Origin: Candidatus Kaiserbacteria bacterium
Lineage (GTDB): Bacteria; Patescibacteriota; Minisyncoccia; Phycocordibacterales; UBA2100
NCBI GenBank assembly: GCA_017134395.1
Contig: CP070993.1
Coordinates: 526,199 to 590,198, forward strand
Length of the DNA: 64,000 bases
Direction of reading: 5' to 3'
Positions 56,572-64,000 of this stretch are shown one piece after another. The first letter of the stretch is position 1. Every line of letters begins with the position of its first letter. The position numbers and the translations under genes were made by a program. The notes beneath the pieces were generated by a model. That model was not told where the DNA came from, searched no databases, and saw only the letters and a list, made by a program, of their open reading frames with translations.

Positions 56572-56919
56572 ATGGATACTCAAATTAAAACATTACGACG
56601 AACACGACGAAAGAATCGCATCCGAGCGAAGGTTGTAGGAACTGCAACTCGTCCACGTCTTGCAATGTACCGTTCAAACCGACAGGTAACTGCACAACTC
56701 ATTGATGACGAAGCCAACGTAACAATCGCTTCAGTGAGCACAGCAAACCAAAAAGGCGCTACTCCAAAGGAAAAGTGTGTTGCAGCAGCTGGTGCGTTAG
56801 CTGAGGCAGCAAAAGCAAAGAAAATTACTTCAGTAGTTTTTGACCGAGGAGGGTATCTTTACACTGGTAACATTAAAGCCTTTGCTGACGCGGCACGTGA
56901 GGCAGGCCTTACATTTTAA
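56572..56919 (+). CDS. rplR: 50S ribosomal protein L18
   Basis: canonical L18. Confidence 0.93.
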   Translation: MDTQIKTLRRTRRKNRIRAKVVGTATRPRLAMYRSNRQVTAQLIDDEANVTIASVSTANQKGATPKEKCVAAAGALAEAAKAKKITSVVFDRGGYLYTGNIKAFADAAREAGLTF

Positions 56920-56924
56920 ATAGT

Positions 56925-57539
56925 ATGACTGACGATATTAAAAAAACAGAAGAAGGTGAAGCAGTAGTTGCAAAGACTGATGCAGCACCAGCTACAGATC
57001 CAAAAGCTGCAGCGCCAACAGCACGTACTGGAGGAGCACCTCGAGGAGGTCGCGGACCACAGCGTAGCGGTGGACGCCGCCCACAACGTGGAGAGAGAGG
57101 AGACAGAACTCCAGAATTCGCACAGAAGATTATTGGTATTCGTCGAGTAACTCGTGTTATGGGTGGAGGTCGCCGATTTAGTTTCTCTGTAGCTATGGTT
57201 ATAGGAGATAAAAAGGGACGTGTTGGTGTTGGAACTGGTAAAGCAGGAGACACAGCATTGGCAATTGAAAAAGCTATACGAGATGCCAAGAAGAACATGA
57301 TTACTATTGCACGTACTGAAACAAATAGTCTTCCACATAATACAGAAGCAAAATATGGTTCAACAGTAATCGAAATTCGTCCAGCGCAGGGTCGCGGACT
57401 CGTTGCAGGAGCTTCTGTTCGAACAGTACTTGAGCTCGGTGGTGTCACAGATGTTACAACAAAGATTCTTTCACGAAGTAAAAACAAGACAAACATTGCA
57501 CGAGCTGCAGTAGTTGCGCTTCTAAAGCTAGAAAAATAA
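56925..57539 (+). CDS. rpsE: 30S ribosomal protein S5 with N-terminal low-complexity extension
   Basis: …GGRRFSFSVAMVIGDKKGRVGVGTGKAGD…. Confidence 0.93.
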   Translation: MTDDIKKTEEGEAVVAKTDAAPATDPKAAAPTARTGGAPRGGRGPQRSGGRRPQRGERGDRTPEFAQKIIGIRRVTRVMGGGRRFSFSVAMVIGDKKGRVGVGTGKAGDTALAIEKAIRDAKKNMITIARTETNSLPHNTEAKYGSTVIEIRPAQGRGLVAGASVRTVLELGGVTDVTTKILSRSKNKTNIARAAVVALLKLEK

Positions 57540-57543
57540 GCAT

Positions 57544-57999
57544 ATGACTGGATTACATTCACTTACAAAAAGTACAAGCCAAAAAACAAAGCAACGAATC
57601 GGTCGCGGTGGTAAACGTGGTAAAACAAGTGGTCACGGACACAAGGGGCAAAAGCAACACGGACGTCACGGTATTCGACCAGAGATGCGTGACATGATTA
57701 AGAAGCTTCCAAAGTTGCGTGGACACGGTGTAAACCGCTCTCGCACTGTAAACAGTAGTCGTGTTTCTAATACTCCTGTAAACCTTTCACAGCTTGAAGA
57801 AGTATTTGCAGCAGGCGATACAGTCACTCCAACTACTCTTGTAGAAAAGAAAGTAGTTTCAAACCGCGCTGGGAAAGCACCGCAAATAAAGATTCTTGGA
57901 CGAGGAACACTTTCTAAAAAACTTACAATCGAAAACTGTACAGCTTCTGAGACAGCAATAAAGGCAATCGAAGCTGCAGGGGGGAGCATAAAAGCCTAA
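57544..57999 (+). CDS. rplO: 50S ribosomal protein L15; no L30 gene between rpsE and rplO
   Basis: …GRGGKRGKTSGHGHKGQKQ…. Confidence 0.93.
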   Translation: MTGLHSLTKSTSQKTKQRIGRGGKRGKTSGHGHKGQKQHGRHGIRPEMRDMIKKLPKLRGHGVNRSRTVNSSRVSNTPVNLSQLEEVFAAGDTVTPTTLVEKKVVSNRAGKAPQIKILGRGTLSKKLTIENCTASETAIKAIEAAGGSIKA

Positions 58000-58005
58000 C
58001 CGCGT

Positions 58006-59280
58006 ATGATTGGAGTATTTTTCCAAAAACTAAAACTTATAGTCAGAGACGAATCGCTACGGAATCGCGTTTTGTTTATGCTTGGTGCGTTGATTCTCTT
58101 TCGTATTCTTGCAACTATCCCGATTCCGGGAGTGGACATTGCACGTCTTGATCAATTTTTTGCAAACAACCAATTCCTAGGCCTATTGAACATTTTCTCA
58201 GGAGGTGGGCTTTCTAACCTTTCCATTGTAATGCTTGGTGTAGGTCCATTTATTACTGCATCAATCATAATGCAGCTTATGACTGTGCTTTCGCCAAAAA
58301 TGAAGGCAATGTACCAAGAAGAAGGAGAAGCAGGGCGTGTTAAGTTTACACAGTTCTCACGATATCTCACTGTTCCTCTTGCTTTCATGCAAGGATTCGC
58401 TTTCCTTACCTTGCTCCAGCAAAACGGTATCGTACCTCCGTTGGAGTTCGCTGCGATGATGACGAACGTTATGGTTATCGCAACTGGATCACTTCTTCTT
58501 ATGTGGCTCGGAGAACTTATCACCGAATTTGGTATCGGCAACGGAGTTTCATTGATTATTTTCGCGGGTATCGTTGCAACTCTACCAAGTACAGTAAGTC
58601 AACTTATTTTTACATTCGATATTTCACAAATACCATTGTACTTAGGATTTGCAGTTGCTGCTGTTGCAGTGGTTGCTGGAGTAGTATTTATTACTGAGGC
58701 AGAACGGCCAATTCCTATCACCTATGCACGGCAGACTCGTGGTGCAAAACAGTCAGGTGGTATTTCTACTTACTTACCATTACGAGTAAACCAAGCAGGT
58801 GTTATCCCAATTATTTTCGCACTTTCGATTCTTCTGTTCCCACAGGTGCTCGCGGCATTCTTTGTGAATAGCGCATTCCCAATTATTGCAACCATTGCAA
58901 CAGCCATTACAAACGGACTTACAAACCAGATTATTTACGGAAGTCTGTACTTTGCTATGGTCTTCTTCTTCACCTACTTCTACACTGCAATGACATTCGA
59001 CCCGAATCGAATTGCTGACAACCTTCAAAAAAGTGGCGCATTTATCCCAGGAGTTCGACCAGGAAGTCATACGTCAGAGCACGTAGGGAACATTTTGACG
59101 CGAATTACCCTTGTTGGAGCGCTCTTTCTTGGTGGTATTGCCGTACTTCCTATTGTTATGCAAGGAATCACTGGTATCACGACACTAACTATCGGTGGAA
59201 CCGCACTTCTTATTGCGGTATCTGTAGTTCTTGATATCGTGAAGCGTGTTGAGGCACAGGTTTCTGTCCGCGAATACTAA
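58006..59280 (+). CDS. secY: preprotein translocase subunit SecY
   Basis: 10 TM helices, 424 aa, follows rplO. Confidence 0.95.
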   Translation: MIGVFFQKLKLIVRDESLRNRVLFMLGALILFRILATIPIPGVDIARLDQFFANNQFLGLLNIFSGGGLSNLSIVMLGVGPFITASIIMQLMTVLSPKMKAMYQEEGEAGRVKFTQFSRYLTVPLAFMQGFAFLTLLQQNGIVPPLEFAAMMTNVMVIATGSLLLMWLGELITEFGIGNGVSLIIFAGIVATLPSTVSQLIFTFDISQIPLYLGFAVAAVAVVAGVVFITEAERPIPITYARQTRGAKQSGGISTYLPLRVNQAGVIPIIFALSILLFPQVLAAFFVNSAFPIIATIATAITNGLTNQIIYGSLYFAMVFFFTYFYTAMTFDPNRIADNLQKSGAFIPGVRPGSHTSEHVGNILTRITLVGALFLGGIAVLPIVMQGITGITTLTIGGTALLIAVSVVLDIVKRVEAQVSVREY

Positions 59281-59398
59281 TCTCTTTTATATTTTTCAAA
59301 ACGCCCGGTTGCTAGCAGCTGGGCGTTTTGAGTTATGTAGACCTGTGGTGTAGAAAAAATAAGCTGGATTCTAGCGTTTGCTTTGATACACTCTTTGC

Positions 59399-59989
59399 AT
59401 GTATGGAAAGAAACAGGTGCTTGTTATTGCAGGTCCCACGGCAAGCGGAGAGAGTACATTTACTCGCGAGCTCATAGATTCTTTTGATAATTTTACTAAG
59501 TTGATTTCAGCAACTACGCGAAAACCGCGTTTAAATGAACAACATGGTGTTGATTATTATTTCTTTACTAAAGAGGAATTCTTTAAGGAGGTTGAGGCTG
59601 GCAATATCATTGAGCACACGCATGTAGCAAACAGAGATGCCTATTACGGTGCGTATAAACCAGACCTCGACGCGAAACTCATTAAACATCTCAATGTCAT
59701 AGCAAATACTGATCCGAAGGGCGCTAAATTCTTTAAAGATAATTACGGGGCTACAACAATTTTTTTACGACCAAAATCTTTAGAAGTTATTGAGGACAGG
59801 TTACGACGGCGTGATCCAGATATTACCGAAGAGGAAGTACAGAAGCGTGTTTTGAGTGCCAAAAAAGAAATAGAGGAAGCAGAGGGGCGTTTCGACCATA
59901 TTGTATGGAATACAGACGGGGAGTTTGCTGACACCATATTTAATGTGGTTGAGATTTTGAAGCAAGAAGGCTATAGTGTCCCGGAATAA
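59399..59989 (+). CDS. guanylate kinase-family protein with non-canonical P-loop (GPTASGES)
   Basis: GMK signatures ATTRKPRLNEQHGVDYYF; Walker-A Lys replaced by Glu. Confidence 0.7.
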   Translation: MYGKKQVLVIAGPTASGESTFTRELIDSFDNFTKLISATTRKPRLNEQHGVDYYFFTKEEFFKEVEAGNIIEHTHVANRDAYYGAYKPDLDAKLIKHLNVIANTDPKGAKFFKDNYGATTIFLRPKSLEVIEDRLRRRDPDITEEEVQKRVLSAKKEIEEAEGRFDHIVWNTDGEFADTIFNVVEILKQEGYSVPE

Positions 59990-59994
59990 CTAAT

Positions 59995-60564
59995 ATGCAT
60001 CTGAAAAATATAGTAATTATTTCTGGGCCATCTGGTGCTGGCGAGGACTCTGTTATTGAAGGTCTGAGTGAGCACGTAACAGTGAATCGAGTAATAACTA
60101 CTACGACACGAAGTCCAAGAGAGGGAGAGAGTGATGGCGAGGATCATTACTTTATTTCGAAAGAGGATTTTGAGGAACGTATCGAAAGTGGCTCAATGAT
60201 AGAATGGGCAAAACAATACAATGGGAACTTTTATGGTGTTACAAAAGAAGAGCTGCAACGAGTAAATGATCTAGATGGAGTTGGAGTATGGAAAATTGAA
60301 TATCAAGGAGTTATTACTGCAAAGAAACTTTTCCCAGACATAATATCCATATTTCTCATGGCGGAGTCACTTGAGGTGTTAGAAGACCGTATAAGGGCCC
60401 GTTCTGATGTTTCAGAAGAGTTTATAGCTGAGCGTATGAAATATACGCAAGAGTGGCTCAAACACGCTGATATATACGATTATTCACTTATTAATAAACA
60501 AGGACTGTTACACGAGACTATACAGGAGGTCGTGGACATTCTTCGTAAAGAACAGTATCTTTAA
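59995..60564 (+). CDS. guanylate kinase-family protein, second paralog, with non-canonical P-loop (GPSGAGED)
   Basis: TTTRSPREGESDGEDHYF; Walker-A Lys replaced by Glu and Ser/Thr by Asp. Confidence 0.7.
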   Translation: MHLKNIVIISGPSGAGEDSVIEGLSEHVTVNRVITTTTRSPREGESDGEDHYFISKEDFEERIESGSMIEWAKQYNGNFYGVTKEELQRVNDLDGVGVWKIEYQGVITAKKLFPDIISIFLMAESLEVLEDRIRARSDVSEEFIAERMKYTQEWLKHADIYDYSLINKQGLLHETIQEVVDILRKEQYL

Positions 60565-60571
60565 GCACGTT

Positions 60572-61168
60572 ATGAATGAAACAAAAGCAAAGACAGTTCT
60601 TTTTTTCGGACCTTCAGGTGCAGGAAAAGGGACACAGGTAGAACTATTAAAAGAGCATCTTGCAAAAAAGTCAGACAGAAAAATTGTGTACATTGAAATG
60701 GGAGGGCTGTTGCGTGCAATGGTTGCCCGAGGTGACCTAACTGGCAAGTTAACACATGAAATTATTTCAAACGGTAAACTCATGCCCAGTTTTATGCCGA
60801 TATACTTACTAACTCAGTACCTCGTAGATAACTTTACTGGCGAAGAACATATTGTTGCAGATGGCGTTACGAGACGAGAAGGACAGGCAAAGGCGTTTGA
60901 TGACGCGATGGCATTTTACGGACGTGAAGATTACGAAGTTGTTTTGATGGAACTTTCTCCTGAGGTGGCACTTGAGCGATTGCTTGCCCGCGGACGTAAC
61001 GATGATTCTGAAGAAAAGATACAGCGGCGAATTGATTGGTACAATAAAGATGTACTTCCCGCACTTGATGTAATGAAAGAAAGAGGACGTACAATTCACA
61101 GAATTGACGGTGCTCCAGAAGTTGAGGAAGTACATAAAGAAATTTTAAAAGCATTACAGCTTGCATGA
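60572..61168 (+). CDS. adk: adenylate kinase (short, no zinc lid)
   Basis: FFGPSGAGKGTQ canonical P-loop; position after secY as in spc operons. Confidence 0.85.
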   Translation: MNETKAKTVLFFGPSGAGKGTQVELLKEHLAKKSDRKIVYIEMGGLLRAMVARGDLTGKLTHEIISNGKLMPSFMPIYLLTQYLVDNFTGEEHIVADGVTRREGQAKAFDDAMAFYGREDYEVVLMELSPEVALERLLARGRNDDSEEKIQRRIDWYNKDVLPALDVMKERGRTIHRIDGAPEVEEVHKEILKALQLA

Positions 61169-61920
61169 TAATCCGAACGGAAACAGATCGAGATAACTTA
61201 CGAGAAGGAGGGCGACGCCTTGCTACTATATTACGCAAAGCGTCAGAAAAAGCTGTAGCAGGTGTATCCTTAAAAGATATTGACTCATATATTCTCTCTC
61301 TTATAGAAGAATACGGTGACACACCGTCATTTACTGGTTACGGAGAGCCGCCATTTTCTGGCGTATTTTGTTTGTCAGTAAACGATGGGATTGTGCATGG
61401 TATTGCGAACGAATACGAACTTATTGAAGGGGATCTGCTAAAAATCGATGGAGGTATTTGGCACGAAGGATTGTGTACTGATTCAGCGATTACTATTGGA
61501 ATCGGTACTATCGCAAAAGAAGATCAGGAACTTATATGGGCAACGAAAGAAGCACTTAATGCACAAATTAGAGTTGCGGTAGCAGGAAATACCATTGGAG
61601 ATATCGGTCATGCCGCTGAGGAGATAGCAAAAAAGCACGGATACGGATTTCCAAAAGAGTTAGGTGGTCACGGCGTTGGCCTTCAAGTACATGAGCCTCC
61701 GTTTATTGCAAACTACGGAAAGAAGGGTACTGGCGAAGTATTAAAAGCAGGTGATGTGCTTGCACTCGAGCCGATGTTTGCCAGAGGTTCTGGAAAGATA
61801 CGTCTTGCCAACGACGGATGGTTGTATGAAATGGTAGACGGTTCACAAAGTGCTCACTTTGAACATTCAATTATTGTTGGGGAAATAGAGGCAGAAGTGT
61901 TGACAGTCGAAAACGAATAA
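61165..61920 (+). CDS. map: methionine aminopeptidase type I
   Basis: pita-bread fold metal ligands (D…D…H…E…E pattern), 251 aa, follows adk. Confidence 0.9.
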   Translation: MIIRTETDRDNLREGGRRLATILRKASEKAVAGVSLKDIDSYILSLIEEYGDTPSFTGYGEPPFSGVFCLSVNDGIVHGIANEYELIEGDLLKIDGGIWHEGLCTDSAITIGIGTIAKEDQELIWATKEALNAQIRVAVAGNTIGDIGHAAEEIAKKHGYGFPKELGGHGVGLQVHEPPFIANYGKKGTGEVLKAGDVLALEPMFARGSGKIRLANDGWLYEMVDGSQSAHFEHSIIVGEIEAEVLTVENE

Positions 61921-61945
61921 ACGTACAGCGCGGTATAATATCGAT

Positions 61946-64000
61946 ATGCCGCACATGGAAGGGTCAACACCTGATGTATCCTCAACAGAACCCGTTGAGC
62001 GTTTTCGCACACCAGAGGAAGAACTTGCGTACTTACGCGAACGGGTGCGTATAAAAGAAACTGAACTTGAAGGAGAAAAGTCAGGCTTCGAGAAAGACAG
62101 AATTGCAAAAAGAGAAATTATTAAATATCACGATACCCCGGCCGAAGATGTTCTACACGAACGATACCAAACGTCAGAAAGTCATATATTACGCGAAAAA
62201 CTACGTCTCGAACCCGAAGAGCATGATGTACAGATTGATGAGCTTTTGAAAATGGTGGCAGATAAGGGTATTAAAAATACTCTCGCAGTGGTAAGTAAGA
62301 TGGGTAGTGCACATCTTGAAGATGATTTACATCGAGCGCTTGTTCAGTATGTTGCTGAAGGATTTTCAACACAGGGAGTACGGAAAGGCTCTGAAGACTG
62401 GAAAGCGTTACACATGGTCCTCTATGAGGTTTCGCTTCCAGCCCAAACTGCAAACGACAAAAATAATCAAAACCAAGATCTCGAAAAACTTCTTGCATCC
62501 ATGGAGCAATTTTATGCTGGGATGCTGAGTGTTATGGGAAAGGGAAAACTCCAGAAAAAAGATATTTTTTCTGTTGAGATTGCAGTGCATCAAGGAAGCG
62601 AAGAGGCGATTTTTTATGTTGGGGTACCACGCAAAAAAAGAGATTTGTTTGAACGACACCTTATTTCCATATTTCCTAACGCTCAAATCGAAGAAGTGCG
62701 CAGTGATTACAATATTTTCAGTTATGGAGGAGTTCACGCTGGGGCATATGGTGTTCTCGAAAGAAGTCCGGTGTATCCAATAAAAGAATACAAAGAATTT
62801 GTGCACGATCCACTAAACATCGTACTTTCAGCATTCAGCAAGCTTAAAAAACATGGAGAAGGAGCGGCTATTCAATTTATTATTGGCGACGACGGAGATT
62901 CATATAACCGCCAATATAAAAAGGTAGTTGATTATCTTCGCGATGGAAAAGAAGCAAAAAAGGCAATACGTCATGGAACATCACCATTTCGTGAAGCAGT
63001 AGACGCGCTTGGTGAGAATCTTGTTGATATAGCGATGAATCGCTCAAAGAATACGATAAACGATAAAGCAGTTGATCAAATGACTCTCGAGACAATCACT
63101 AAGAAGGTTAATAGTCGTATTGTTCCAGTAAACATTCGTATACTTGCTTCAGCACAAGAAGAGGGTCGTGCGGAGGACATTATTGAAAACATTGCATCAA
63201 CATTTAACCAATTCGAAGAAGCGCAGGGTAATGCAATCAAATTTATCCACGAACGTGGCGCAGCATTACGGAAATTCATGCACGCATTCACTTTCCGGAC
63301 ACTCAACTTTAAAAGACTACAGCCGCTTTCTCTTACGGAACTGACATCCATGTACCATCTTACGGGACAAGGAGTTTCAACATCGCGTGAACTTAAACAA
63401 ACACGTGCAAAACATGTTTCAGCTCCTATTGAAGTATCTGCAGACGAAGACGACGAAGAGCCAGTACAAAAGGCACCTTACGTACCAACTCCTGCACCTG
63501 TTGACCAACATAAAGAAGAAGTAGTTGCCCCAGCCCCAATGGCGAATACACAAAAAAGACGTGGTGTAATACTCGGAAAGAACACGTTTGGCGGTACTGA
63601 TACGATGGTCAAGTTCTTAGCGGAAGACCGTATGCGTCACTTCTACGAAATTGGACAAACGGGAACAGGTAAAACAAACCTGATGAAGAATATGATCATT
63701 CAAGATATTAAGAACGGAGAGGGGTGCTGTTACATTGATCCACATGGTTCAGATATTGTTGATATTTTGGCAGCTATTCCACCTGAAAGACACGACGATG
63801 TTATCTATTTCGACCCAAGTTACACAGAACGCCCGATGGGTCTTAACATAATGGAATATAATCCAGATTTTCCTGAGCAGAAAACGTTTGTAGTAAACGA
63901 AATATTCAGTATTTTTGAAAAACTTTTCTTGGCAAAATCACCTGAGTCGCTTGGCCCGATGTTTGAGCAGTACTTCCGTAACGCTGCACTTTTGGTGCTT
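61946..64000 (+). CDS. large P-loop NTPase (TraD/VirD4/HerA-like ATPase domain) with ~550-aa unique N-terminal region; 3'-truncated by the window edge
   Basis: open frame from the ATG at 61946 to the window end with no stop; Walker A YEIGQTGTGKTN followed by CCYIDPHGSDIV…VIYFDPS; absent from the ORF track only because it is incomplete. Confidence 0.6.
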   Translation, partial: MPHMEGSTPDVSSTEPVERFRTPEEELAYLRERVRIKETELEGEKSGFEKDRIAKREIIKYHDTPAEDVLHERYQTSESHILREKLRLEPEEHDVQIDELLKMVADKGIKNTLAVVSKMGSAHLEDDLHRALVQYVAEGFSTQGVRKGSEDWKALHMVLYEVSLPAQTANDKNNQNQDLEKLLASMEQFYAGMLSVMGKGKLQKKDIFSVEIAVHQGSEEAIFYVGVPRKKRDLFERHLISIFPNAQIEEVRSDYNIFSYGGVHAGAYGVLERSPVYPIKEYKEFVHDPLNIVLSAFSKLKKHGEGAAIQFIIGDDGDSYNRQYKKVVDYLRDGKEAKKAIRHGTSPFREAVDALGENLVDIAMNRSKNTINDKAVDQMTLETITKKVNSRIVPVNIRILASAQEEGRAEDIIENIASTFNQFEEAQGNAIKFIHERGAALRKFMHAFTFRTLNFKRLQPLSLTELTSMYHLTGQGVSTSRELKQTRAKHVSAPIEVSADEDDEEPVQKAPYVPTPAPVDQHKEEVVAPAPMANTQKRRGVILGKNTFGGTDTMVKFLAEDRMRHFYEIGQTGTGKTNLMKNMIIQDIKNGEGCCYIDPHGSDIVDILAAIPPERHDDVIYFDPSYTERPMGLNIMEYNPDFPEQKTFVVNEIFSIFEKLFLAKSPESLGPMFEQYFRNAALLVL

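Noticed and set aside
59399-60564. Calling the two GMK-family genes gmk
   Set aside because: Both lack the Walker-A lysine, so the gene symbol is withheld; they may not be functional guanylate kinases.
1-64000. CRISPR arrays, rRNA genes, transposases/IS elements
   Set aside because: No regularly spaced direct repeats with unique spacers, no rRNA-like stretches and no transposase-like ORFs were seen. The only mobile-element-like signals are the short palindromic repeat families and the partial tRNA duplications.

Overview
This window looks like a compact, roughly 40% GC bacterial chromosome segment; the absence of L30 from the spc cluster, the small tightly packed genes and the type IV pilus/ComEC competence genes suggest a Patescibacteria/CPR-like organism (inference only). 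Recognisable genes: pnp, rpsO, a XerC/D-type recombinase, xth, cca, four tRNAs (Arg-TCG, Gly-GCC, Pro-TGG, Gly-TCC), a 6TM K+ channel, a YraN-family gene, an S1 protease, HU, pheA, rny, clpP, tig, ppa, nusA, a pilB-pilC-pilin operon, tpiA-pgk, a HIT protein, recJ, rnhA, a split comEC, sodA, rpmB, rpsL-rpsG, fusA, tuf, the S10-spc ribosomal cluster through secY, adk and map, and a partial large P-loop ATPase at the 3' edge. Unusual points are listed in order of interest. (1) The ribosomal clusters are cut by intrinsic terminators and inserted genes, including an antisense two-gene cassette between rplB and rpsS bracketed by ~45-bp direct repeats. (2) A TrpR/YerC-like regulator sits beside two copies of a 20-bp palindrome, with a third copy ahead of the pilin operon: a candidate competence regulon. 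(3) Two families of short palindromic repeats (TTTCACGTGAAA, and a GGACAT/ATGTCC module) cluster in a tRNA-rich segment that also carries partial tRNA duplications. (4) Two tandem guanylate-kinase paralogs have Lys-to-Glu P-loops. No CRISPR array, rRNA or recognisable transposase was seen.
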